The notes: a model not told the origin generated them from the sequence alone. Counted from the first letter of the stretch, positions 1 to 9,174 are shown. The stretch is 64,000 nt of DNA from an uncultured bacterium (GCA_947311825.1 CAMZLY010000041.1:2184-66183); one strand, 5' to 3'. Translations and numbers: made by a program.

Positions 1-8
1 GGTATGCG

Positions 9-1142
9 ATGCTTAATACTATCCCTTCTATATTATTGTCGGCACCGGATGAGAGTGCTCTGTTTACTGTGTTGCCCGGTAGAAAATATCTTATGCGGGG
101 ACGTGGCTATGAGGCTGTTATGATTACGGCTTTAGGAGGCGTTGCCGGTTTGTTTGTGTTGTTGATAATTTTTGGATTGCCGACTCAATATTTTTTTATG
201 TTTGTACGTAAAGTGTTAAGTCCGCATTTTCATTGGATTATCTGGTGTGTGATAGGGTTTATGCTGATGTCGGAATGGCCAAAGGGTGGAACTAGAGGAA
301 TGGCCGGTTGGTATAATTTTTTTGATGCGTGGAGGTCTATTGGCATAGGTCTGATTACTTTTGTTCTTTCCGGGTTGCTTGGTTTTATACTATTTTACAG
401 ATCGCCAGTATCAGTGAATGCTTCTTTTCAGAATTTGATGCCAGCTTTTATAGGGCTGTTTACTTTGCCCGGCTTGATTATGAATCTGGCAGGAAAATTT
501 CAAATGCCGAAGCAGACTTATCAGTGTTCGGTGGACGGGGGATGTGATGCGTTGTTACATGGAACCGTTGCCGGATCTTTAGGGGGTGGTTTTGCGGCGT
601 TTTTTCCTGTTATCACCGGCGGGGTGGGCGGCTTTCTTGCGGGACATGCGACCTCGATACATGATGATCGTAGTTTTCTAATTTCGCAGGGTGTTTCTAA
701 GCTGATATATTATGTTGGTGGTTTTATTTTTCTGTTTGTGCCTGGGGTAAATATGATGCGGGGTGGGGCGGCATCAATGATGAGTGGGCTTTATGTGCCA
801 TATACAAAATATGATTATTACATGGTCTTGGCGGCCGTTGCAATTGCTGGAGCTTGTGCATATTTGTTGATGAGTCCATTGACTAAATTTGTTTTGAAGT
901 TGATAGGTAAGTTTGGGCATAATATTATTTCTATAGTTGCGGCGTTAGTTGTATTTTTGGTGGTGGTTTTTATTACCGGCTGGGCAGGAGTATTGATAAT
1001 GTTGACTGCAACAGGAATTGGATTGCTTCCTGTTTTATTTGGTGCAAGACGGATGAATTGTCTTGGAATAATTCTATTGCCAGTAGCATGTATGATGTCC
1101 GGTTGCGGTGCTGCTGTTGCTACGTGGTTGGGGTTGTTGTGA
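9..1142 (+). CDS. polytopic integral membrane protein of unknown function (9 or more predicted TM helices); may be 5' partial because it begins at the window edge
   Basis: 377 aa ORF, almost entirely hydrophobic helices with Gly-rich motifs (GGVGGFLAGHATS, GVNMMRGGAAS). No family recognised with confidence. Confidence 0.5.
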   Translation: MLNTIPSILLSAPDESALFTVLPGRKYLMRGRGYEAVMITALGGVAGLFVLLIIFGLPTQYFFMFVRKVLSPHFHWIIWCVIGFMLMSEWPKGGTRGMAGWYNFFDAWRSIGIGLITFVLSGLLGFILFYRSPVSVNASFQNLMPAFIGLFTLPGLIMNLAGKFQMPKQTYQCSVDGGCDALLHGTVAGSLGGGFAAFFPVITGGVGGFLAGHATSIHDDRSFLISQGVSKLIYYVGGFIFLFVPGVNMMRGGAASMMSGLYVPYTKYDYYMVLAAVAIAGACAYLLMSPLTKFVLKLIGKFGHNIISIVAALVVFLVVVFITGWAGVLIMLTATGIGLLPVLFGARRMNCLGIILLPVACMMSGCGAAVATWLGLL

Positions 1143-1340
1143 TGAAATAATTTTATGTTCCATTCTGCACATATAATGGAAATAAAGATGTCAAATACAA
1201 GGGTAGTTGTAAATTGCCGTCTGTTGGTTTGTTTTTTAATTTGCCCCGATAATAATAGCGAGCTAGCTGGATTATAGTTGTCATTGAATACCCGCAGGCT
1301 TTTTGCTTTGGTATTTAAACTGGCCTTTACTTCAACAGGT

Positions 1341-1514
1341 ATTATCCTAGGTTCGGCAGTTGAGCATAGCACAGACGCACAACCATTTTGCCCACAGGCA
1401 CTTATGCAGGGAGTTCGACGCACCCTACGGGTGCGACTTCACCCCCAGCGTAAGCACCCGTGAACAAAAGCCTTGCACTTCTGTATCTATGTCAACTGCC
1501 GAATCTAGGATTAT
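1341..1514. repeat. MITE-like element: about 174 bp bounded by 29 bp near-perfect terminal inverted repeats (attatcctaggttcggcagttgagcatag / ctatgtcaactgccgaatctaggattat)
   Basis: Left arm 1341-1369 and right arm 1487-1514 are reverse complements with 2 differences. The internal 117 bp has no ORF. The right 46 bp recurs at 11999-12044. Confidence 0.45.
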
Positions 1515-2102
1515 CTCACTACCTATACTTATGAGAAGCTCAATTTCCGCAGTATTCTCACGCCAACTGTATATTGGTTTACAATCTCCGGTATTGGTTC
1601 CGCAAAACTGTAGCGTTATTGCAAGCCGTTTGCAGAAATCATAAAATTGTTTTTAGAAAAGATGTATGGTTGTCTCTACTTCCAAACCTAAGAGTAACGG
1701 GATATGCACACAAATGTTTAGCTTTTCTTAGCACATTTGCTGCAATACAAGCTACAGTAATGCCTGGAGATTAAAAGAAATAGCTGTAGAGCTTAATTTT
1801 GTTATAAAAATAAAAACTGGTGCTAGTAGAAATGAAGCATTTTTCATGAAAGAAGACGGAACGTGTGATTACAAAAAATACTTGGGCACACTCGGTAGTA
1901 AGGATTTCTTTGAAGTGGTTATTCCGCCTGATGGTGTCGCTTGGCGGCTTACGCTTGCAATTGATGATAACAACTATGATCCGACAATAGATAATATCTC
2001 CGTAAAATACGACATAAATAAGGTGAATTTTATGTCTATTGAAGATATTAATAATGGCTTTAACTGTCGCCTGTTGCTTCAAAAAAAGCCGTTTTTAATG
2101 TA

Positions 2103-2253
2103 TTTGATGTAGATTAAGCGTTTTTGGCTCATAGAGCCAACGCTACAAGTTTTGTGCGAGAATAGGAGTTGTAGAGTCGGCTCTATGAGCCGATGGGTGT
2201 GCGAGAATGTTTGATGTAGATTAAGCGTTTTTGGCTCATAGAGCCAACGCTAC
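2103..2253. repeat. direct repeat array: an identical 44 bp unit at 2103-2146 and 2210-2253 (107 bp period) carrying three copies of the 13 bp palindrome GGCTCATAGAGCC / GGCTCTATGAGCC in alternating orientation
   Basis: The two 44 bp copies are identical. The spacer contains the inverted hairpin gtcggctctatgagccgat flanked by a duplicated gtgcgagaat. The array lies about 140 bp upstream of the GNAT-GntR operon start. Confidence 0.5.
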
Positions 2254-2389
2254 GGAGGACGGAGAAGAACGAACTCTACAAGTTTATTGAAAAGTTATAT
2301 TTCTTATTGCAAAATATAGGTAAACAACATATTATGCACTTTTTTAATAAATAATTGGTATAGTTGTTGTCTTTAGAGATAGAAAAAAT

Positions 2390-2893
2390 ATGAATATTGA
2401 TCAAATACACATTACTAATCCGTTGCCGGAAGATATTGACATTATCTGCGGGATTGCGGTTGCTGCTTGGGAGGGTATTCATGAGGGCTATCGCAAATAT
2501 ATGCAGAATGATGACCTGTACAGTCGAATCTCTGGCAATTGGAAGGGTAATAAATCAGAATCTATCAGGGGGAAGGCGGAGAAAGAGCCAGAAAATGTTC
2601 TTATTGCTAAAGATTTTAACGGGCAGATATTTGGTTTTGCAACATTTTCTATCAATAAAGAAAACGGTATTGGAGAAATCGGCAATAATGCTGTTCTGCC
2701 AGAGTTTCAAGGCATGGGTATCGGAAAATTGTTATATAAAAATATCCTTGATGTTTTTCGGCAGAAAAAGCTATTATATGCAGTTGTGTCCACTGGCTAT
2801 GAAGATGAAGGTCATGCCAGTGCTAGAGCTGCTTATGAAAAAGCAGGATTCAAGAAAATGAAAACGTCAATTACATATAGCTTAAAATTATGA
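2390..2893 (+). CDS. GNAT family N-acetyltransferase
   Basis: 167 aa with an acetyl-CoA binding motif QGMGIGKLL and the expected beta-alpha layout. Its stop overlaps the next start (ATGA). Confidence 0.8.
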   Translation: MNIDQIHITNPLPEDIDIICGIAVAAWEGIHEGYRKYMQNDDLYSRISGNWKGNKSESIRGKAEKEPENVLIAKDFNGQIFGFATFSINKENGIGEIGNNAVLPEFQGMGIGKLLYKNILDVFRQKKLLYAVVSTGYEDEGHASARAAYEKAGFKKMKTSITYSLKL

Positions 2894-3966
2894 GACTCTT
2901 AAAAAAAGAAAAAATATATCAGGATATAGTCTATTATATCCTTTCCGAGAATCTAGAAGTAAGTAATCGCATCCCTACAGAGCGTGAACTCTGTGAAAAA
3001 TTCGGGGTTAGCAGAATTACATTACGAATTGCCGTGGATAAACTTGTTGAAGAGGGTATTCTGATGCGTGATGGTCGAAACGGTACACGAGTAAAAGCTT
3101 TACCGCTAAAAGAAAATTTTGGCGATCTTGCACGTCAACAGATTCTCTTTGTCTATTTTTCCAGTCAGGCGGATGGGAAAACTTTGGAACAAACAGGAAC
3201 TGCACCTGAACAGTTATATCGTGGTATTGAAAAATATATTGATGAGAAAAAAGATATAATAATAGTACAAACAGGTAAAAATTTTATAAAAACCAATACG
3301 TCTATTCTGAAGAATATTGATGGGGTAATTATCGGTGGAGATGTTGATGAAGAATCAGTAAAAAAGATTATTTCCAGTAAGATTCCATCAATGATGATAA
3401 ATGGTCATAAACCGTTATTAAGTATGAACACAATATTTTGTGATCAGTATGAAGCCGGTTATGTGGCATGTAAAAAAGTTTATGAGAAAAATAAAGCACA
3501 AAATATACTGTTTCTAGGACTGCTATACGAAAATGATAAACGTCTTCAATCTGGTTACCGAGAACAATTACAAGGGGTAGAAGAGTTTATTTACGAAAAT
3601 AATGATATGAGATTATTTAGATATGATTTAACAGTATCGGAATGTTCAGGTGGGCAGGATTTAAATAATCCCATTGAACAACTCAATGCTTTTATAAATA
3701 AAAATCATATTTCTGGTATTGTTGTATGCTCAAACATTCTTGAAGAACAGGTCAGTCTATATAAGGAAAAGTATAAAACTTCAGGTTCTGGTGATATATC
3801 TGTCTGTGTAATAACTACGGAGGCTTTGAAAAACAGAGCTATTCCGCTTGATATCGTTTCGCTAAATTTTCAAAAAGTTGGATATCTAGCAGCGGGCTAT
3901 CTATACAAAACAATTAATGATCCATACGGGCAAAAGCTTAGAATTACAGTTCCGATTGATCTGTAA
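2890..3966 (+). CDS. GntR-family transcriptional regulator with a C-terminal LacI/periplasmic-binding-protein-like sugar-binding domain
   Basis: N-terminal winged helix IPTERELCEKFGVSRITLRIAVDKLVEEGIL is typical of GntR HTH. The C-terminal 250 aa resembles a periplasmic-binding-fold effector domain. Translationally coupled to the GNAT gene. Confidence 0.7.
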   Translation: MRLLKKEKIYQDIVYYILSENLEVSNRIPTERELCEKFGVSRITLRIAVDKLVEEGILMRDGRNGTRVKALPLKENFGDLARQQILFVYFSSQADGKTLEQTGTAPEQLYRGIEKYIDEKKDIIIVQTGKNFIKTNTSILKNIDGVIIGGDVDEESVKKIISSKIPSMMINGHKPLLSMNTIFCDQYEAGYVACKKVYEKNKAQNILFLGLLYENDKRLQSGYREQLQGVEEFIYENNDMRLFRYDLTVSECSGGQDLNNPIEQLNAFINKNHISGIVVCSNILEEQVSLYKEKYKTSGSGDISVCVITTEALKNRAIPLDIVSLNFQKVGYLAAGYLYKTINDPYGQKLRITVPIDL

Positions 3967-4406
3967 ATTGGCGTGTTCGTAGTGGTGACGTTACATAAAT
4001 GGTGTTTTTGAGAAGATACTGTTTTAGCTGATTATGAATTTCTGAAATCTATATTTCGATAGCATTTAGTTTAGAGGTTATACGAAAAGGTTTTGGTAGG
4101 GGCTATATCCAGTTTTTGGTATGGCGAGCTCTCCCATCCTTCGTGCTTCGCTTACTACGGCGGACAGGCCGAGCTAGCCGCATACGCATCAAAAAATAAT
4201 AAAGATAAAATAATATTACGTGTTTATATTAAACTTATATATTTAAGAACGTGCTCGGCTTGCTCCAGTCGTCGCATTGCTATGCCTCGGCAGGCGAAGA
4301 GTCCACCCTTCTTATGCTTTTTAACAAAAAAAGCTTTTCGGATATGGCCAGTTTATCAAGCTTGTCGGATCTCGCTGTTTTAATCCAGAAACAGCAGTTG
4401 AACTAA

Positions 4407-4628
4407 TTATTCTGCACGTTCGACAATGATTGCAGGATCAACATTTTGTTTAAGATGTTCTTCAACTCCCTGTTTTAGGGTTATCAACGCATGTGGGCAA
4501 CTACCGCAGGCACCTTTTAGGCGTACGTTAACAGTCATTCCCTCAATAGAAACCAGTTCGAGGTCTCCGCCGTCAGCCTGTAACATTATGCGAATTTCAT
4601 CTAGTGCTGCTTTGATTTTATCTTCCAT
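4407..4628 (-). CDS. NifU-like (Nfu) Fe-S cluster scaffold domain protein
   Basis: 73 aa with the GACGSCP CxxC motif and NifU C-terminal domain pattern. Confidence 0.75.
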   Translation of the reverse strand: MEDKIKAALDEIRIMLQADGGDLELVSIEGMTVNVRLKGACGSCPHALITLKQGVEEHLKQNVDPAIIVERAE

Positions 4629-4756
4629 TTTATTATCCTTATTGCATTAATTAATTTAAATGTGTAGATTCATTACTGAATCGGTTGCGTATAATCTCAA
4701 ATGTACGAATGAATGGCAAGATATAAATGTTAATGGTTATTAATTGGTAGTGGTTT

Positions 4757-5848
4757 ATGTTAAATAATAAGAAAACAGTTGTTGCACTCGGTATGAGTGG
4801 AGGGGTGGATAGCTCGGCTGCGGCATCGATTTTGCTTGATTCCGGCTATACGGTTTTTGGGATTACTGCAAAGATGACTCAAGAATATTCACGTTGCTGT
4901 GCGGATGTTGATATTGTACGGGCTGCAAAATTATGTAAAAGGCTCGGTATAGAGCATCATATTGTAGATTTGTGTGATGATTTTAAGCACAATGTCATTG
5001 AATATTTTATGGAGTCGTATATAGGTGGGTATACACCTAGTCCGTGTGTTAAATGTAATCGTTATATAAAATTTGGTTCGCTTTTAGATGCAGCCGTTGA
5101 ATTGGGGGCTGATAAAATAGCAACGGGGCATTATGTACGTATTGATAATAGTGCTGAAAAAGTGCATCTTTTGCGTGGGGTTGATCGTAGTAAAGATCAA
5201 TCATATTTTCTTGCTAGGCTTAAAGCTGAGCAGCTGGAGAAATCTCTTTTTCCGCTTGGTGGGATGTTGAAAAGTGAGGTGGTTGAATATGCAGGTAGAC
5301 ATGAGCTAATTGCTAGAAAAAGCCGTGAGAGTCAGGAGCTATGTTTTGTCACTGAGGGTACGCATGGGAGTTATATAGATTTACGAAGTTTCGAGACTAA
5401 AGGGGTTGGTGATGTGGTTACTAGGGATGGGGAAAAAGTGGGCGAACACAAAGGAGTCCACCATTATACTATTGGACAGCGTAAAGGTCTTGGTATTGCC
5501 ATGGGATATCCGGTATATGTAGTTGAGATTGATGCCGATAATAATAGAGTGGTTATTGGACCGCGTAATGATGTTATGTGTCGTAATATGTGGGTATCGG
5601 ATATAAATTGGATTAGTGGTGGGGCGATGCCGGATGTTTTTGATGCTATTTGCCAAGTTCGTTATCAGCATAAGCCGGCAGAATGTAAGGTTTTTTTGCA
5701 GTCAGATGAAATTTGTAGGGTTGAGTTTATCGAACCACAGTTTGCTGTAACGCCTGGGCAACTTGCTGTTTTTTATGATGGAGATTTTGTTCTGGGGGGA
5801 GGCTGGATTTTTTCTAGGTCTGGCTCTGAATGCGGAGAGGTGAGGTAA
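4757..5848 (+). CDS. mnmA: tRNA-specific 2-thiouridylase MnmA
   Basis: PP-loop SGGVDSS near the N-terminus and conserved Cys residues; 363 aa. Confidence 0.9.
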   Translation: MLNNKKTVVALGMSGGVDSSAAASILLDSGYTVFGITAKMTQEYSRCCADVDIVRAAKLCKRLGIEHHIVDLCDDFKHNVIEYFMESYIGGYTPSPCVKCNRYIKFGSLLDAAVELGADKIATGHYVRIDNSAEKVHLLRGVDRSKDQSYFLARLKAEQLEKSLFPLGGMLKSEVVEYAGRHELIARKSRESQELCFVTEGTHGSYIDLRSFETKGVGDVVTRDGEKVGEHKGVHHYTIGQRKGLGIAMGYPVYVVEIDADNNRVVIGPRNDVMCRNMWVSDINWISGGAMPDVFDAICQVRYQHKPAECKVFLQSDEICRVEFIEPQFAVTPGQLAVFYDGDFVLGGGWIFSRSGSECGEVR

Positions 5849-6708
5849 TGAGCAGACAGAAAAATGAAATTTGGCAGGTTAAGGGGGCTGGTAAATGGTT
5901 TCCCGGAACTAAGGGTGAATTGCTTAAGGCTATGCATGAGTATGTTGATGTGGCAGATGTTCCTAAAATCAAAGGGGGAATAGTCGGGGCATTGGCACCA
6001 CATGCGGGGTATCAATATTCCGGTAAAGTGGCGGGGGATACTTTTAGGGCATTAAAGGCTAGTGTTGAGCAGTATAGTGAAGTGGGTACTGTGGTTATAC
6101 TTGGCTTTACTCATGGCATCAGTTATGAGGGGGTCGCATTATTGTCTGGTGGTATTATTCGTACACCGCTAGGTGATAGTGCGATAGATATGGCGTCTAT
6201 TCTTACTCTTGTTAATAGTAGCAGTCGTATTTTTATTGATGAGCGGCCCCATATAGTGGAGCATTCGGCAGAGAATGAGATTCCGTTTATTCAATATGCA
6301 CTGCCAAAAGCAGAAATAGTTGTCGGTCTTATTGGTGATCATGATGAAAAGACTATTGATGAGCTGGTTGCCGCATTGGTTTTATTGACAAAAGATAAAA
6401 ATATTATAGTTGTGGCTAGTACTGATTTGCTTCATGATGCAGATTATGAGAAGGTTACAAAAACTGATAAAAATACTTTAAGTTTGATAGAAAATATGAA
6501 TATAGAAAAACTTTGGCGTAGCTGGAGTTATGAAAATCAGGTTTGTTGTGGTATTGCCCCGGTTATTGCGACAATGAGATTTGCAAAAAAATGTGGAGTT
6601 GCTGGCGGAGACCTGCTATATTATCGAAATAGTGGCGATGATTATCCGGCAAGTCGCGGAAATTGGGTTGTAGGATATGGGGCTGTATCGTTTTCTGTTT
6701 CTAATTGA
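5848..6708 (+). CDS. MEMO1/AmmeMemoRadiSam system protein B family (UPF0103) protein
   Basis: HAGYQYSG motif characteristic of the MEMO-like fold. Start taken at the ATG overlapping the mnmA stop (TAATG) with RBS GGAGAGG; an alternative start is at 5830. Confidence 0.7.
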   Translation: MSRQKNEIWQVKGAGKWFPGTKGELLKAMHEYVDVADVPKIKGGIVGALAPHAGYQYSGKVAGDTFRALKASVEQYSEVGTVVILGFTHGISYEGVALLSGGIIRTPLGDSAIDMASILTLVNSSSRIFIDERPHIVEHSAENEIPFIQYALPKAEIVVGLIGDHDEKTIDELVAALVLLTKDKNIIVVASTDLLHDADYEKVTKTDKNTLSLIENMNIEKLWRSWSYENQVCCGIAPVIATMRFAKKCGVAGGDLLYYRNSGDDYPASRGNWVVGYGAVSFSVSN

Positions 6709-6755
6709 GTTGTTGGCTAATTAAATATATGTGGCAATTAATGTCGGAGGTAACT

Positions 6756-7475
6756 ATGCAGGAAAATAAATATAATAGAGTCTTGCTTAAGATGAGTGGA
6801 GAGGTGTTAAGGAATAAGGAGAAGGGGACTAGTATTGACCCAGTTATTATTAATGATGTTGCTACACGTATAAAGGCTGTTGTAAATATGGGCGTTGAGG
6901 TGGCGGTTGTTGTTGGCGGTGGTAATATTTTTCGCGGGTTAAGTGGTGCTGAAGGTGGTATTGACCGTAGTTCTGGTGACTATATGGGAATGCTGGCAAC
7001 AATTATAAATTCTTTGGCTTTACAGAATGCATTGGAAGCAGTAGGGGTTGATACGCGGGTTATGACGGCTATTAGTATGCCGCAAGTGGCTGAGTCATTT
7101 ATATTGCGTCGTGCATTACGCCACCTTAGAAAAGGACGCGTTGTTATTTTTGGCGGCGGCACAGGTAACCCTTACTTTACTACTGATTCTGCGTCCGCTT
7201 TAAGGGCAAGCGAGATTGAGGCTGATGTTTTGCTTAAGGCAACAAAAGTAGATGGAGTATATTCTGCTGATCCATTTAAAGATAAAAATGCTGTTAAATA
7301 TGAAACGTTAACTTATACTGAAGCTTTGAATAAATCTTTAAAAATTATGGATGGTGCAGCGTTTTCTCTGTGCATGGAAAATAATATTCCGATAATAGTA
7401 TTTGATTTTTTTGATCCGGATTCAATTGAAGCTGCGGTTAGAGGTGATAAAATAGGCACAATTGTGTCTGAATAA
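6756..7475 (+). CDS. pyrH: UMP kinase
   Basis: KMSGE motif and [10 protein letters not shown] glycine loop. Start chosen at ATG 6756 (RBS GGAGG 5 nt upstream); the ORF track extends to 6705. Confidence 0.9.
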   Translation: MQENKYNRVLLKMSGEVLRNKEKGTSIDPVIINDVATRIKAVVNMGVEVAVVVGGGNIFRGLSGAEGGIDRSSGDYMGMLATIINSLALQNALEAVGVDTRVMTAISMPQVAESFILRRALRHLRKGRVVIFGGGTGNPYFTTDSASALRASEIEADVLLKATKVDGVYSADPFKDKNAVKYETLTYTEALNKSLKIMDGAAFSLCMENNIPIIVFDFFDPDSIEAAVRGDKIGTIVSE

Positions 7476-7562
7476 AATCTGTATTAGAGGGGTGCTCGCA
7501 TAAGTGGTTTTGCGGCATCTCTATGGATATAAAGAAAAAAGTAAAAATAGGAAGGGATTATA

Positions 7563-8126
7563 ATGGAAACTATTGATGATGTAATGCTTGATGCTGAAGA
7601 TAAGATGGAAAAATCGATCAATGTTCTTGTTGATCAGTTTGCGGGAATACGAACAGGTAAGGCCTCGCCGGCTCTTGTTGAGAATATTCAGGTTGAATAT
7701 TATGGCACATTAACACGTCTAAAGGAAATGGCAGGTATTTCTACTCCTGAACCAAGATTGATTGTTATTACTGCTTATGATAATTCGGTATTGCCTGAAG
7801 TTGAAAAGGCTATATTGGCGGCTAATTTGGGCGTAACTCCTATAAACGATGGGCGTCTTATAAGAATTCCCATTCCTGAACTTAATGAAGAACGTCGTAA
7901 GGAGATGCTGAAATTGGCAAAACGCATGGTCGAGGATTCTCGGGTGGCAGTGCGTAATGTGCGGCGTGATGCAAATGAAGCAATTAAAAGCTTGCAAAAA
8001 GATGGCAAGATAACAGAGGATGATCGTGATTCAGCTTTAGATGAGGTGCAAAAATGCACTGATAATGCTATTAAAAAGATTGATGATGCGTTAAAAGATA
8101 AAGAAATTGAAATCATGGAAGTATAA
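7563..8126 (+). CDS. frr: ribosome recycling factor
   Basis: 187 aa, conserved RRF sequence throughout (IRTGKASP, ITEDDR). Canonical pyrH-frr order. Confidence 0.92.
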   Translation: METIDDVMLDAEDKMEKSINVLVDQFAGIRTGKASPALVENIQVEYYGTLTRLKEMAGISTPEPRLIVITAYDNSVLPEVEKAILAANLGVTPINDGRLIRIPIPELNEERRKEMLKLAKRMVEDSRVAVRNVRRDANEAIKSLQKDGKITEDDRDSALDEVQKCTDNAIKKIDDALKDKEIEIMEV

Positions 8127-8233
8127 ATCTTGGTATAAATAGAGCGTTGGCGTGTGCTAACAGACTAGTAGTGCGGCTTTTACGGTGTAAATACGTGCTT
8201 GCCATCAAAAATACGATGATATTGTGTAGGTGC

Positions 8234-8261
8234 TTGACATTAATGGCGGCTATGTCATAAT
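8234..8261 (+). promoter_or_regulatory. sigma70-like promoter (-35 TTGACA, 16 nt spacer, -10 CATAAT) for the repeat-protein/trxA unit
   Basis: TTGACA at 8234-8239 and CATAAT at 8256-8261, followed by RBS GGAGA and ATG at 8293. Confidence 0.5.
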
Positions 8262-8292
8262 GTTTCATGTTGAATTTATGGGAGAAACTATA

Positions 8293-9156
8293 ATGGCAGA
8301 TAAGATAAAACTGAATAATGATTCTTTACCTCCAAAGGTGAATTTGCAGAATACTGATGCACTAAAAGCCGGTAACGGTAGTGGTGCACCTTTAGGGGCC
8401 AAGCCGATAACAGTAAAGGCTAAGCCTATTTCTAAAAGTGAAACAGCTAAGATTCCACTTGATGTGGCGTCTTCAGGGATTACAATTTCTGAAGATACAT
8501 CGCATACAAAGACGATAAAAATTAAGCCCATTGCATCACATAGTACTATAAAGATAGGTGATACTACGCCGTCAGCTTCATCACCACAAGTTGCAAAAAT
8601 CGCAAAAAACCAGACCTCTAAGATTCCGTTGGATGCTGTTATGCCTGTGGGCAATGCTGCTGAACCGAGCGGTGGTCCCAAAACAATAAGATTGAAACGT
8701 CCAGGGGAAACAGCGAAACCAACGGTAATGCCAGCAAAGGCTCCAGTTGCCAAAATTGCAAAGGATATAAAATCTGATCTTAGTAAGACTTCGCGTCTTG
8801 ATATCGGTGATGCAGGTATTGAATCTTCGGCAACACCTACTAGGCGAAAAACTATTCGTGTTAAACGTCCTACATCAGATGCCGCACCTAGTCTTAATAT
8901 TTCTCGTTCAGAACCTGCTTCTGGCGGAGGTGCAATGCCTACAGTTGGTGCACCGTTACCGCCTATGCCGGTTGAAGAGGTTGAGGAAAAATGCTTGATT
9001 TCAGGCATCGCATCTATTCTAGCATTATTTGTTGTTTGTACTTTGATTTATGTTTTGATGGCGCAAGTAACGGGGCGGGATGGCTCTTTAAGCAAACTTT
9101 CATATTTTATGCCGGAAGTAAATCTTTCGTGGCCGGGGAAAATTCCGGTTAACTAA
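8293..9156 (+). CDS. lysine/proline/alanine-rich internally repetitive protein with a single C-terminal transmembrane anchor; function unknown
   Basis: About 287 aa from ATG 8293 (good RBS; the ORF track starts at 8230). Degenerate repeats TAKIPLD / TSKIPLD, KTIKIKP / KTIRLKRP / KTIRVKRP, VAKIAKN / VAKIAKD. C-terminal TM ISGIASILALFVVCTLIYVLMA. No signal peptide. Confidence 0.55.
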   Translation: MADKIKLNNDSLPPKVNLQNTDALKAGNGSGAPLGAKPITVKAKPISKSETAKIPLDVASSGITISEDTSHTKTIKIKPIASHSTIKIGDTTPSASSPQVAKIAKNQTSKIPLDAVMPVGNAAEPSGGPKTIRLKRPGETAKPTVMPAKAPVAKIAKDIKSDLSKTSRLDIGDAGIESSATPTRRKTIRVKRPTSDAAPSLNISRSEPASGGGAMPTVGAPLPPMPVEEVEEKCLISGIASILALFVVCTLIYVLMAQVTGRDGSLSKLSYFMPEVNLSWPGKIPVN

Positions 9157-9174
9157 GTTAAGGAGGGTAATGTT

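Noticed and set aside
1188-1277. 29 aa ORF (MSNTRVVVNCRLLVCFLICPDNNSELAGL) preceded by TATAAT
   Set aside because: It has a weak RBS and no recognisable family. It is kept only as a remark within the 1143-2389 region.
1380-1465. tmRNA, tRNA-like or group II intron domain V-like sequence (GGGAGTTCGACGCACCC ... GGGTGCGAC)
   Set aside because: It resembles a T-loop/TLD (GGAGTTCGAC), but no acceptor stem, CCA end, tag-peptide reading frame or D5 lower stem with the AGC triad could be built by hand. It is treated as internal sequence of the MITE-like element.
2103-2253. Possible mini CRISPR array (direct repeats with palindromic cores)
   Set aside because: There are only two 44 bp direct repeats. 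The 'spacer' itself contains the same palindrome inverted, and no cas genes are nearby, so this is more consistent with a REP- or operator-like element.
4093-4383. 96 aa plus-strand ORF in the convergent gap
   Set aside because: It spans the AT-rich core and GC-rich repeats with odd composition, has no RBS, and runs opposite to the likely terminators.
8140-8165. Sigma-54-like promoter TTGGCGTGTGCTAACA upstream of the repeat-protein gene
   Set aside because: The GG-to-GC spacing is 7 nt instead of the required 10, and a near-consensus sigma70 promoter lies 80 bp downstream.
8265-9008. 247 aa minus-strand ORF
   Set aside because: It is the antisense mirror of the low-complexity repeat-protein gene, so the open frame is a compositional artefact. 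No RBS or start context.
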